From the NCBI GenBank assembly GCA_964016885.1, contig OZ024742.1, positions 1,178,001 through 1,242,000 of the forward strand: DNA of 64,000 nucleotides, in the 5' to 3' direction. The stretch is from Eledone cirrhosa (Eukaryota). This document shows, piece by piece, positions 26,601 to 39,522 of this stretch. The notes beneath the pieces are model-generated. The model searched no databases, was not told where the DNA came from, and saw only the letters and a list, made by a program, of their open reading frames with translations. Numbering within the stretch: the first letter of the stretch is position 1; each line of letters starts with the position of its first letter. A program made the translations under genes and the position numbers.

Positions 26601-29600
26601 TTCACAGATGTCTCATTCACGGTCTCATTCACAGATGTCTCATTCACAGTCTCATTCACAGATGTCTCATTCACTGTCTCATTCACAGTCTCATTCACAG
26701 ATGTCTCATTCACAGATGTCTCATTCACTGTCTCATTCACAGATGTCTCCTTCACTGTCTCATTCACAGATGTCTCATTCACTGTCTCATTCACAGATGT
26801 CTCATTCACATTCTCATTCACAGATGTCTCATTCACAGTCTCATTCACAGATGTCTCATTCACTGTCTCATTCACAGTCTCATTCACAGATGTCTCATTC
26901 ACATTCTCATTCACAGATGTCTCATTCACAGTCTCATTCACAGATGTCTCATTCACATTCTCATTCACAGATGTCTCATTCACTGTCTCATTCACAGTCT
27001 CATTCACAGATGTCTCATTCACAGTCTCATTCAGAGATGTCTCATTCACAGTCTCATTCACAGATGTCTCATTCACAGTCTCATTCACAGATGTCTCCCG
27101 CACTGTCTCATTCACAGATGTCTCATTCACTGTCTCATTCACAGTCTCATTCACAGATGTCTCATTCACAGATGTCTCATTCACAGATGTCTCATTCACA
27201 GATGTCTCATTCACAGATGTCTCATTCACTGTCTCGTTCACAGATGTCTCATTCACAGATGTCTCATTCACTGTCTGGTTCACAGATGTCTCATTCACAG
27301 ATGTCTCATTCACAGTCTCATTCACAGATGTCTCATTCACAGATGTCTCATTCACAGTCTCATTCACAGATGTCTCATTCACAGTCTCATTCACAGATGT
27401 CTCATTCACAGATGTCTCATTCACAGATGTCTCATTCACAGATGTCTCATTCACAGTCTCATTCACAGATGTCTCATTCACAGTCTCATTCACTGTCTCA
27501 TTCACAGATGTCTCATTCACTGTCTCATTCACAGATGTCTCCTTCACTGTCTCATTCACAGATGTCTCATTCACTGTCTCATTCACAGTCTCATTCACAG
27601 ATGTCTCATTCACAGTCTCATTCACAGATGTCTCATTCACAGTCTCATTCACAGATGTCTCATTCACTGTCTCATTCAGTCTCATTCACAGATGTCTCAT
27701 TCACTGTCTCATAAACAGATGTCTCATTCACTGTCTCATTCACAGATGTCTCATTCACTGTCTCATTCACAGATGTCTCATTCACAGATGTCTCATTCAC
27801 AGTCTCATTCACAGATGTCTCATTCACAGATGTCTCATTCACAGATGTCTCATTCACAGATGTCTCATTAACTGTCTCATTCACTGTCTCGTTCACAGAT
27901 GTCTCATTCACAGATGTCTCATTCACAGATGTCTCATTCACAGTCTCATTCACAGATGTCTCATTCACAGTCTCATTCACAGATGTCTCATTCACAGTCT
28001 CATTCACAGATCTCTCCTTCACTGTCTCATTCACAGATGTCTCATTCACTGTCTCATTGACAGATGTCTCCTTCACTGTCTCATTCACTGTCTCATTCAC
28101 AGATGTCTCATTCACAGATGTCTCATTCACAGATGTCTCATTCACAGTCTCATTCACAGATGTCTCATTCACATTCTCATTCACAGATGTCTCATTCACA
28201 GTCTCATTCACAGATGTCTCATTCACTGTCTCATTCACAGATGTCTCATTCACATTCTCATTCACAGATGTCTCATTCACATTCTCATTCACAGATGTCT
28301 CATTCACATTCTCATTCACAGATGTCTCATTCATTGTCTCATTCACAGTCTCATTCACAGATGTCTCATTCACAGATGTCTCATTCACAGTCTCATTCAC
28401 AGATGTCTCATTCACTGTCTCATTCACAGATGTCTCCTTCACTGTCTCATTCACAGATGTCTCATTCACTGTCTCATTCACAGTCTCATTCACAGATGTC
28501 TCATTCACAGATGTCTCATTCACAGTCTCATTCACAGATGTCTCATTCACAGATGTCTCATTCACTGTCTCATTCAGAGTCTCATTCACAGATGTCTCAT
28601 TCACAGATGTCTCATTCACAGTCTCATTCACAGATGTCTCATTCACAGATGTCTCATTCACAGATGTCTCATTCAGTCTCATTCACTGTCTCATTCACAG
28701 TCTCATTCACAGATGTCTCATTCACTGTCTCATTCACAGATGTCTCATTCACAGATGTCTCATTCACAGATGTCTCATTCACAGATGTCTCATTCACAGA
28801 TGTCTCATTCACTGTCTCCTTCACAGTCTCATTCACAGTCTCATTCACAGATGTCTCATTCACTGTCTCATTCACTGTCTCATTCACAGATGTCTCATTC
28901 ACTGTCTCATTCACAGATGTCTCATTCACAGTCTCATTCACTGTCTCATTCACAGATGTCTCATTCACAGTCTCATTCACAGATGTCTCATTCACATTCT
29001 CATTCACAGATGTCTCATTCACAGATGTCTCATTCACAGTCTCATTCACAGATGTCTCATTCACAGTCTCATTCACAGATGTCTCATTCACTGTCTCATT
29101 CACAGTCTCATTCACAGATGTCTCATTCACTGTCTCATTCACAGATGTCTCCTTCACTGTCTCATTCACAGTCTCATTCACATTCTCATTCACAGATGTC
29201 TCATTCACTGTCTCATTCACAGTCTCATTCACAGATGTCTCATTCACATGCTCATTCACAGATGTCTCATTCACAGTCTCATTCACAGATGTCTCATTCA
29301 CATTCTCATTCACAGATGTCTCATTCACTGTCTCATTCACAGTCTCATTCACAGATGTCTCATTCACAGTCTCATTCACAGATGTCTCATTCACAGATGT
29401 TTCATTCAGTCTCATTCACAGATGTCTCATTCACTGTCTCATTCACAGATGTCTCCTTCACTGTCTCATTCACAGATGTCTCATTCACTGTCTCATTCAC
29501 AGTCTCATTCACAGATGTCTCATTCACAGATGTCTCATTCACAGATGTCTCATTCACAGATGTCTCATTCACAGATGTCTCATTCACAGATGTCTCATTC

Positions 29601-31443
29601 ACTGTCTCGTTCACAGATGTCTCATTCACAGATGTCTCATTCACAGTCTCATTCACAGATGTCTCATTCACAGTCTCATTCACAGATGTCTCATTCACAG
29701 TCTCATTCACAGATGTCTCATTCACAGATGTCTCATTCACAGATGTCTCATTCACTGTCTCATTCACTGTCTCATTCACAGATGTCTCCTTCACTGTCTC
29801 ATTCACAGATGTCTCATTCACTGTCTCATTCACAGTCTCATTCACAGATGTCTCATTCACAGTCTCATTCACAGATGTCTCATTCACTGTCTCATTCACA
29901 GTCTCATTCACAGATGTCTCATTCAGTCTCATTCACTGTCTCATTCAGTCTCATTCACAGATGTCTCATTCACTGTCTCATTCACAGATGTCTCATTCAC
30001 TGTCTCATTCACAGATGTCTCATTCACTGTCTCATTCACAGTCTCATTCACAGATGTCTCATTCACAGTCTCATTCACAGATGTCTCATTCACAGATGTC
30101 TCATTCACAGATGTGTCATTAACTGTCTCATTCACTGTCTCGTTCACAGATGTCTCATTCACAGTCTCATTCACAGATGTCTCATTCACAGATGTCTCAT
30201 TCACAGATGTCTCATTCACAGTCTCATTCACAGATGTCTCATTCACAGTCTCATTCACAGATGTCTCATTCACAGATGTCTCATTCACAGATGTCTCATT
30301 CACAGATGTCTCATTCACAGATGTCTCATTCACAGTCTCATTCACAGTCTCATTCACTGTCTCATTCACTGTCTCATTCACAGATGTCTCATTCACTGTC
30401 TCATTCACAGATGTCTCCTTCACAGATGTCTCCTTCACTGTCTCATTCACAGATGTCTCATTCACAGTCTCATTCAGTCTCATTCACAGATGTCTCATTC
30501 ACTGTCTCATTCACAGTCTCATTCACAGATGTCTCATTCAGTCTCATTCACTGTCTCATTCACAGTCTCATTCACAGATGTCTCATTCACTGTCTCATTC
30601 ACTGTCTCATTCACTGTCTCATTCACAGTCTCCTTTACTGTCTCATTCACAGATGTCTCCTTCATTGTCTCATTCACAGATGTCTCCTTCACTGTCTTAT
30701 TCACAGATGTCTCATTCACTGTCTCATTCACAGATGTCTCATTCACAGTCTCATTCACAGATGTCTCCTTCACTGTCTCATTCACAGATGTCTCATTCAC
30801 TGTCTCATTCACAGATGTCTCATTCACTGTCTCATTCACAGTCGTCTCATTCACTGTCTCATTCACAGATGTCTCATTCACTGTCTCATTCACAGATGTC
30901 TCATTCACAGTCTCATTCACAGATGTCTCCTTCACTGTCTCATTCACTGTCTCATTCACAGTCTCATTCACAGTCGTCTCATTCACTGTCTCATTCACAG
31001 ATGTCTCATTCACTGTCTCATTCACAGATGTCTCATTCACTGTCTCATTCACAGATGTCTCCTTCACTGTCTCATTCACTGTCTCATTCACAGTCTCATT
31101 CACCACAGTCTCATTCACAGATGTCTCCTTCACTGTCTGATTCACAGATGTCTCATTCACTGTCTCATTCACAGATGTCTCATTCACAGATGTCTCATTC
31201 ACTGTCTCATTCACAGATGTCTCCTTCACTGTCTCATTCACAGATGTCTCCTTCACTGTCTCATTCACTGTCTCATTCACAGATGTCTCCTTCACTGTCT
31301 CATTCACAGATGTCTCCTTCACTGTCTCATTCACAGATGTCTCCTTCACTGTCTCATTCACAGTCTCATTCACAGATGTCTCCTTCACTGTCTCATTCAC
31401 AGATGTCTCATTCACAGATGTCTCCTTCACTGTCTCATTCACA
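23626..31443. repeat. 7.8 kb satellite of interspersed 12-bp (TCTCATTCACAG / TCTCATTCACTG) and 15-bp (TCTCATTCACAGATG) units, with rare 10-bp units
   Basis: Directly visible. It explains all SHSQM, LIHRC, VSFTD and NETV ORFs. Confidence 0.98.
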
Positions 31444-31519
31444 TTTATTTATTTGTTTATTTACATGTTACTGGTTGGTTGTTTGTTCTAAGTGTCTGTG
31501 TTTTCATTTTGTCCTTAAT

Positions 31520-32656
31520 TTAAGTTGTGATGTTGCTGTTCCACTCATATTTTCCATTTAATTTTGGTTGTAATTCTTTTATGTTTATTGCCTCTGTAAT
31601 TTGTCTAAACATTGCGTCTTTTCTGTGTGTAGATTCTATTTTTATTTCTATGTTCTCTAATTTACCCTTGTGTTCTATTTTAGCATGTTGGTAGAGTACA
31701 GATGATTCTTTATTATCTTGAAGGTCTCGCCAGTGTTCATTTATCCGTTCCCCTACACTACGGGCTGTCTCACCTATGTACACTATATTTTTGTCTCTAC
31801 ATTGTCCTTCAGTACATCTTATGCTATACACTACATTTCTAGTTTTACAGTTAATATGGGGGCTTATTTTACAGGTTATACATTTCTTATCTATACATGA
31901 GGGTCTTTGAAAAGGGTATGTCTTGCTAATAAGTGTTTTTACGGAGGTACCTGGTCTTTCTACTATCTTAATATTGAGTTTATGTTTATTTAGGGCCCTT
32001 CTAAATTTGTAAGCTAATTCACCTCTAGGGGTTGTATCGATGAACATTACACTCTGGTATTTATTGCTATCATACCATGAGTTTATTCTATTAGCCTTGT
32101 TCCTAGTTCTTTCTATTCTATTCCAAAATTTGCTCCTATACAAGGGGCAGGTCCCATTTATGTCATTATTTACCATTTTTTCCCATTTGGTTCTGGCTCC
32201 TCTATACACTCTGATTTTATCTCTCTGATTGTAGCCAGAGAACTGCATACGGTGGATGAAGTGTTGTATGTGTCTCTCTAGTTCTTCGGGGTTGCACATG
32301 CGGGACACATTTCTCATCACCCGTACCAAATCCGCAATCAGTATGTTGATTTTGGTATGGTCCGAAATGGCCGAGTTTCGGTGGATCAGATGTTTGGAAG
32401 TCATGGGTTTGGCATAATGGGAATGGAGGATTTGTTTTTGGTTGTTAATGGTATCTAACCAGAGCTCTGTGTCTAGTACAGGTAATCGATGGTTGGGGTG
32501 TCTACTTGGGTAGTCTATAGTAACTCTAATGCTCTGGTGGATGGAGTTTGCTATTTGCTGGATGCTTTCCATTGTGTTTTTCTCTAGTTCCTGACTGTTC
32601 TCTAGTGGGGGTGTCTTAACTACGATGTTTATATCATCTACGTAGCGGGAGTACAT
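31520..32656 (-). CDS. Penelope-like element ORF fragment: RT C-terminal half plus GIY-YIG endonuclease
   Basis: YSRYVDD catalytic motif, LPVLD, Cys-rich linker CIDKKCITC, NVVYSIRC...VYIGETAR...ERINEH and ITEAINIK...PKLN. No internal stops over 378 aa. Confidence 0.9.
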   Translation of the reverse strand: MYSRYVDDINIVVKTPPLENSQELEKNTMESIQQIANSIHQSIRVTIDYPSRHPNHRLPVLDTELWLDTINNQKQILHSHYAKPMTSKHLIHRNSAISDHTKINILIADLVRVMRNVSRMCNPEELERHIQHFIHRMQFSGYNQRDKIRVYRGARTKWEKMVNNDINGTCPLYRSKFWNRIERTRNKANRINSWYDSNKYQSVMFIDTTPRGELAYKFRRALNKHKLNIKIVERPGTSVKTLISKTYPFQRPSCIDKKCITCKISPHINCKTRNVVYSIRCTEGQCRDKNIVYIGETARSVGERINEHWRDLQDNKESSVLYQHAKIEHKGKLENIEIKIESTHRKDAMFRQITEAINIKELQPKLNGKYEWNSNITT

Positions 32657-33131
32657 TATCAGGGTTAAGGGGTCTTCTAATTGTTCATTAACTTAAGAAC
32701 AATTAGAAGACCTGGCGAGACCTTCAAGATAATAAAGAATCATCTGTACTCTACCAACATGCTAAAATAGAACACAAGGGTAAATTAGAGAACATAGAAA
32801 TAAAAATAGAATAAACACACAGAAAAGATGCAATGTTTAGGCAAATTACAGAGGCAATAAACATAAAAGAATTACAACCAAAATTAAATAGAAAATATGA
32901 GTGGAACAGCAACATCACAACTTACAATTAAGGACAAAATGAAAACACACACACACATAGAACAAACAACCAACCAGTAACATGTAAATAAACAAATAAA
33001 TAAATGAACATAAACACACACAGACACCCGGATGTGGCGCATGCGCAGACTGAGCACACAACACACACACAGAAACAAAATGGCGTAGGACAGAACAAAG
33101 GAGAGGCACAGAAACAAAGAAAGGAATCCCC

Positions 33132-33176
33132 AGTCACTGAAGAGGTCACAGAGTGTGTGACGAAAGAACTATGACT
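33132..33176 (+). ncRNA. Minimal type I hammerhead ribozyme motif in the PLE pseudo-LTR
   Basis: AGTCA-CTGAAGA-G-GTCACA(gagtg)TGTGAC-GAAA-GAAC-TA-TGACT. Stem I is 5 bp and stem II is 6 bp. The core is intact with one extra G. Confidence 0.75.
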
Positions 33177-33434
33177 ATATATAAACAACTATCTGGTTGT
33201 GAAACCAACTAACCAACCAGAAATCTATAAATTTATAAATTTATTATAAATTTATTATAATAAATTGAAGTGAAAGCAACTGGTGCGTGTGTTTCTTATT
33301 GGCAACATGACCCTCCCAAAGTATAACAATATCGGTTTCAACACACGATTTAAGATAAAGAATCTTGCTAAACAAATTCAGAAACGAGATATATATATAA
33401 ATAAAGATATATATATAAATAAAAATATATATAT

Positions 33435-33505
33435 AAATAAAGATTCAGCAAGAATCGCATTTTCGGCAGGCAGGCAAAGCGAAGCGAAACGCAAAAATCA
33501 GAAAT
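33435..33505 (+). repeat. Short dispersed repeat with an inverted diverged copy at 47783-47853
   Basis: AATAAAGATTCAGC...GCGAAACGCAAAAATCAGAAAT matches the reverse complement at 47783. Confidence 0.75.
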
Positions 33506-33875
33506 GATACTGACAAAGTGCTCAATAGTTATAACCCAGAGCTAAACAATGTGTTAAGAAGCCAAACAAAACTGAAAAGGTGGTCAAGAAGGCATTAACC
33601 ACCCAAGCCAAAAACCAAATCAAGCTAAACAGGTCAAAACAAAGTAAATGATAAAAAATAAATGACAATATATATATATGTATGATAGTATAAACAAAAA
33701 CAAAGTTTCATACATTTAACATGTGTGTGACTATTGGTTTCGGGGTCCAGTTATGGCCACCACTGTAGAGTGGAAGAGGCACTTTTATAAACTCTCTTGC
33801 AAATAAACTCTCTTGCAATAGATTGAGCACTATTTTCCTTGATCATTCATCTATAGTTTTCTACACACAAATATG

Positions 33876-34314
33876 GAGAGGGAGGGGGAAGGGAGAGGGA
33901 TGGAGAGAGAGGGGGAAGGGGGGTGGAGAGAGAGGGGGAAGGGAGAGGGATAGAGAGAGGGGGGAGATAGAGAAAGGGGGAGTAGAGAAAGGGGGAGTAG
34001 AGAGATCGGGAGAGAGAGAGAGGGATAGGGAGAGAGAGAGAGGGATAGGGAGAGAGAGAGGAATAGGGAGAGAGGAGGGATAGGGAGAGAGGGGGGAGAG
34101 GGGGGGAGAGGGAGAGCGGGAGGGATAGGGGGTAGAGAGAGAGAAAGAAAGGGGGAATAGAGAAAGGGGGGATAGAGAGGGATAGGGAGAGAGAGGGAGG
34201 GATAGGGAGAGAGGGGGAGGGACAGGGAGAGAGAGAGGGAGGGAGGGAGGGGAGATAGAGAGAGAGGGGGAGAGATAGAGAGAGAGGGGGAGAGATAGAG
34301 AGAGAGGGGGAGAT
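33876..34314. repeat. Polypurine (GA/GGGA) tract
   Basis: Almost pure G/A low-complexity run. Confidence 0.9.
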
Positions 34315-34642
34315 ATTAACATTTACTTCTACTACATTGGAAGGTGGTGGTCATAGATACAAACACCAATGTTATATTTAGTGTGTGTGTATATGAAAGA
34401 GTTGGGACCCCAACGGCTGAGCTCTTGCCATCCAGTCCCAATTCTTTCATATAACCATACTCTACTAGTGTACTCTGGTGAGCAGTGGTCTAACCAGTTA
34501 ATGTATCCATCTTGATATATCATCAGTTAACCTCTATCTTCCTAGCATGGATTAGACTAGATATAAAATATTGTACATATTACATGGCATGTGAGAGGGG
34601 GGGGGGGGCGTCTTTCATTGATAAAACATACCCAACAGTATA

Positions 34643-34966
34643 TACTACTACTACTACTACTACTGTTACTACTACTGTTACTACTACTACTACTACTGTT
34701 ACTACTACTACTACTACTGTTACTACTACTACTACTACTGTTACTACTACTACTGTTACTACTACTACTACTGTTACTACTACTACTACTGTTACTACTA
34801 CTACTACTGTTACTACTACTACTACTACTACTGTTACTACTACTACTACTACTGTTACTACTACTACTACTACTACTACTACTGTTACTACTACTACTAC
34901 TACTGTTACTACTACTACTACTACTGTTACTACTGTTACTACTACTACTATTACTACTACTACTAC
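34643..34966. repeat. (TAC)n microsatellite interrupted by TGT
   Basis: Directly visible. Gives poly-T and poly-L ORFs. Confidence 0.95.
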
Positions 34967-35534
34967 ATCACAGAGAGGGAGAAAATAAGTTGGTAGGAAG
35001 CAAGTTGTAAAGTAGCTGCAGTGTTGGAATATAAATAACAGAGAACTGAATCAGTTGTGTGGGAGGGGAGATGGCTGGAGAGGTGTGGGGGAGACTGGTG
35101 GGAGGCAAGGGTGTGGCAGGGAGGAGGAAGTATCCTGGTGTGATGAGAAGCTAAGATTGTCTGGAAGATGGCCAATGTCTTACTTTATTATCAGTCAACT
35201 GTACAACATATGCTGGCTTATGGAAGGAACCACATGGTCTCTCTACAAACTGCTAGAAATAGCAGTCAAACTTCTATCAAATCACAACACGATCCAAAAT
35301 CCAGGGCCTTCTCACACCTGTTGGAAGAAAACCTCCTTGGTTGACATCAATCACTTCCTATCTCTGGTCATATTGGGCCAAGTGGGGCCTGAGTCAGATC
35401 ATAGCACCTCTGTCACTCTAATAGTTCACCTATTGTCTTAGCCACCAGCCTATGTTTACCCTTCTTCGTGGTCCCAATTATGTCCTTCACTCCAGTCTGC
35501 TGTCAAATCCAACGTATAAAGTATATCTCTCTCT

Positions 35535-37498
35535 CTCTACACACACAGATGGTCTAACGTGCTGATATCTCTACACACACAGATGGTCTAACGTGCTGAT
35601 ATCTCTACACAGTGATGGTCTAACGTGCTGATATCTCTACACACAGTGATGGTCTAACGTGCTGATATCTCTACACACAGATGGTCTAACGTGCTGATAT
35701 CTCTACACACAGATGGTCTAACGTGCTTATGTCTCTACACACAGTGATGGTCTAACGTGCTGATATCTCTACACACACAGATGGTCTAACGTACTGATAT
35801 CTCTACACACAGATGGTCTAACGTACTAATATATCTCTACACAGAAATGGTCTAACGTGCTGATGTCTCTCTACACAGAAATGGTCTAATGTGCTGATAT
35901 ATCTCTACACAGAAATGGTCTAATGTGCTGATATATCTCTACACAGAAATGGTCTAATGTGCTGATATATCTCTACACAGAAATGGTCTAATGTGCTGAT
36001 GTCTCTCTACACAGAAATGGTCTAATGTGCTGATATATCTCTACACAGAAATGGTCAAATGTGCTGATGTCTCTCTACACAGAAATGGTCTAATGTGCTG
36101 ATATATCTCTACACAGAAATGGTCTAATGTGCTGATATATCTCTACACAGAAATGGTCTAATGTGCTGATGTCTCTCCACACAGAAATGGTCTAATGTGC
36201 TGATATATCTCTACACAGAAATGGTCTAATGTGCTGATGTCTCTCTACACAGAAATGGTCTAATGTGCTAATATATCTCTACACAGAAATGGTCTAACAT
36301 GCTGATGTCTCTCTACACAGAAATGGTCTAATGTGCTGATATATCTCTACACAGAAATGGTCTAATGTGCTGATATATCTCTACACAGAAATGGTCTAAT
36401 GTGCTGATGTCTCTCTACACAGAAATGGTCTAATGTGCTGATATATCTCTACGCAGAAATGGTCTAATGTGCTGATGTCTCTCTACACAGAAATGGTCTA
36501 ATGTGCTGATGTCTCTCTACACAGAAATGGTCTAATGTGCTGATATATCTCTACACAGAAATGGTCTAATGTGCTGATATATCTCTACACAGAAATGGTC
36601 TAACGTGCTGATATATCTCTACACAGAAATGGTCTAATGTGCTGATGTCTCTCTACACAGAAATGGTCTAATGTGCTGATATATCTCTACACAGAAATGG
36701 TCTAATGTGCTGATATATCTCTACACAGAAATGGTCTAACGTGCTGATATATCTCTACACAGAAATGGTCTAATGTGCTGATGTCTCTCTACACAGAAAT
36801 GGTCTAATGTGCTGATATATCTCTACACAGAAATGGTCTAATGTGCTGATGTCTCTCTACACAGAAATGGTCTAATGTGCTGATGTCTCTCTACACAGAA
36901 ATGGTCTAATGTGCTGATATATCTCTACACAGAAATGGTCTAATGTGCTGATATATCTCTACACAGAAATGGTCTAATGTGCTGATGTCTCTCTACACAG
37001 AAATGGTCTAATGTGCTGATATATCTCTACACAGAAATGGTCTAATGTGCTGATATATCTCTACACAGAAATGGTCTAATGTGCTGATATATCTCTACAC
37101 AGAAATGGTCTAATGTGCTGATGTCTCTCTACACAGAAATGGTCTAATGTGCTGATGTCTCTCTACACAGAAATGGTCTAATGTGCTGATATATCTCTAC
37201 ACAGAAATGGTCTAATGTGCTGATGTCTCTCTACACAGAAATGGTCTAATATGCTGATGTCTCTCTACACAGAAATGGTCTAATGTGCTGATGTCTCTAC
37301 ACAGAAATGGTCTAATGTGCTGATATATCTCTACACAGAAATGGTCTAATGTGCTGATGTCTCTCTACACAGAAATGGTCTAATGTGCTGATATATCTCT
37401 ACACAGAGATGGTCTAATGTGCTGATATATCTCTACACAGAAATGGTCTAATGTGCTGATATATCTCTACACAGAGATGGTCTAATGTGCTGATGTCT
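35535..37498. repeat. ~34-bp minisatellite (CTCTACACAGAAATGGTCTAATGTGCTGATATAT / ...GATGTCT), about 57 copies
   Basis: Direct periodicity with two interspersed variants and diverged 32-36 bp units at the left edge. Confidence 0.95.
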
Positions 37499-37800
37499 TG
37501 ACAGACAGACAGACAGACAGATAAATATTATGAACAATCAACATAAATATGAAAATGTTAAGTTGTTGAAAATAGTTCATTGAGTGAGCTAAAAGCAAGG
37601 TAATTATAAATATGTGGTGAGACAGATATATATAGAGAGAGGGGGGGATCAGACATACAGGTAGACAAAGAGATAGATAAGAACACCTGCAGACAGACAG
37701 GCAAGTAGTTAAGTTGATATTAACATATTTCATGCAGTGAACACTGAAAAACCTAACTAGAAATAAATGTGGTGAGACTGACAGACATGTAGGTATGTAT

Positions 37801-37842
<42 letters not shown>

Positions 37843-39187
37843 AGATATATTAGTAGAGAAGATACATATTTATATATACATTTCTGATGATTTCAAACAA
37901 ATGAAACAGTTCTAGTCCTGTAGAAGTCATTTCTATATTATATATATACACACACTACTACTACATGTTAGGTGGGGAGTCATTGATAAAAAAAAACACC
38001 AGTAATATATTTAGTCTGTGTGTAAGATAGTGAGAGAGTGTAGTTATAAACACTTAACACACACTCACTCCCTCCCTCTCTTTAATCAATGAATGAGTAA
38101 ATAGTTGACCCTGGCAATTGGCTGAGTGTAATGGCAATATATGGAGATATAATACAAATACAATAAGTTATATCAAATCATATATGTTCAACTATCTTGT
38201 TGGAGTGTAGCCAGAATAACTAGGCTGACGATATAATGTGCCAAACACAAGGTTGAGAGGACCCTTCAGTTGAGGACAGCCTCTCTAGTGTTGGTCATCT
38301 ATACAATAATCACACCCAGAGCATGATGTAAAGTCATTGGTGATAGAAAGGGCATACAGCCATAGAAAGCTGGCCAAATAAAGGTTTGAGAGGACCCTTC
38401 AGTTGTGTGAAGGACATAATAGTCACCCTAGCGCTGGTGATCTACATCATAAACACACCTAGAGCATGCTCTAAATGATTGGTGAAAGGAAAGGCAATCA
38501 AACATAGAAAGCTTACCAAAAAAAGGTTGAGAGCACCAACCAGTTGTGTCAAAGGCATAACCTCAGTGATGATGATAGGAAGGGCATCCAGCCATGGAAA
38601 TCTTGCCAAACAGAAAGTTGGAAGTACTCTTCAGCTGTGTCTAAGATATGACAACCTCTCTAGTGATGGTGCACTCAGTAGAACATGAGATCATATGTAA
38701 ACCTATCTGGGAGGTCAGTAGCACTGCTTTAGTACTGACTTGATCTATGTAGACCAGTCCAAACCTTGCTAGCTGGGGGGGGGGGGGGGAGTGGACATTA
38801 TATATATATGAGAGAGAAAGGGGGCGAGAAGGAAAAGTGGGGGAGGAGGAGAGATAAAGTGGAACAAAAAGAGAGAGAGGGGAGAGTAACACTTTTAATG
38901 CCATATTTCTAATAAAATACACTGTCAATTGTTTCAATTATTCCCTTTAAATAAGCAACATTCCATTAGTTAGAACACTAGAATTTAACAAAAGGTTCTT
39001 TCATAGAATTATAATAGCAGACTGAGAAATCTAAACAGTTTTAAAATGGGGCAGTTCTGTGTCCTAGAAGCAGGAGCAGTTTCATATGACCTGAGGAACA
39101 GAATAGAGAGAGAAAAGGATGACGAGAGTAAAAGATGAGATGGGGAGGAGAAGATGGAGAGAGAGAAAGAGGGAGATTAAGAAGGAG

Positions 39188-39522
39188 GTTCTCTCGGCTC
39201 TACCAGTCTACGTTCTCTCAGCTCTACCAGTCGACATGTTCTCCCGGCTCTACCAGTCGACATGTTCTCCCGGCTCTACCAGTCTACATGTTCTCCCAGC
39301 TCTACCAGTCTACATGTTCTCCCAGCTCTACCAGTCTGGGAGAATATGTAATACATGTTCTCCTAGCTCTACCAGTCTACATGTTCTCTCACCTCTACCA
39401 GTCTACATGTTCTCCCAGCTCTACTAGTCTACATGTTCTCCCAGCTCTACTAGTCTACATGTTCTCCTAGCTCTACCAGTCTACATGTTCTCCCAGCTCT
39501 ACTAGTCTACATGTTCTCTCAG
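39188..39522. repeat. 26-bp minisatellite GTTCTCCCAGCTCTACCAGTCTACAT
   Basis: About 11-12 tandem copies. Confidence 0.9.

Larger units (their letters stand above)
31442..33240. mobile_element. Penelope-like retroelement: 5'-truncated minus-strand body (31442-~32690) plus inverted pseudo-LTR on the plus strand (32712-~33240)
   Basis: RT-C and GIY-YIG ORF. 32712-33006 is an inverted near-copy of 31442-31733. A hammerhead motif lies in the 3'UTR. Confidence 0.9.

Noticed and set aside
23503-31561. Very long ORFs (up to 1646 aa) as real genes
   Set aside because: Open in several overlapping frames simply because the repeat unit lacks stops. No domain content. Kept only as a low-interest finding.
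33823-35010. RG/ER-rich, poly-L and poly-T ORFs
   Set aside because: Translations of GA and TAC simple repeats.
37884-37920. CTGATGA...GAAA hammerhead-like motif
   Set aside because: No convincing stem I or stem II.
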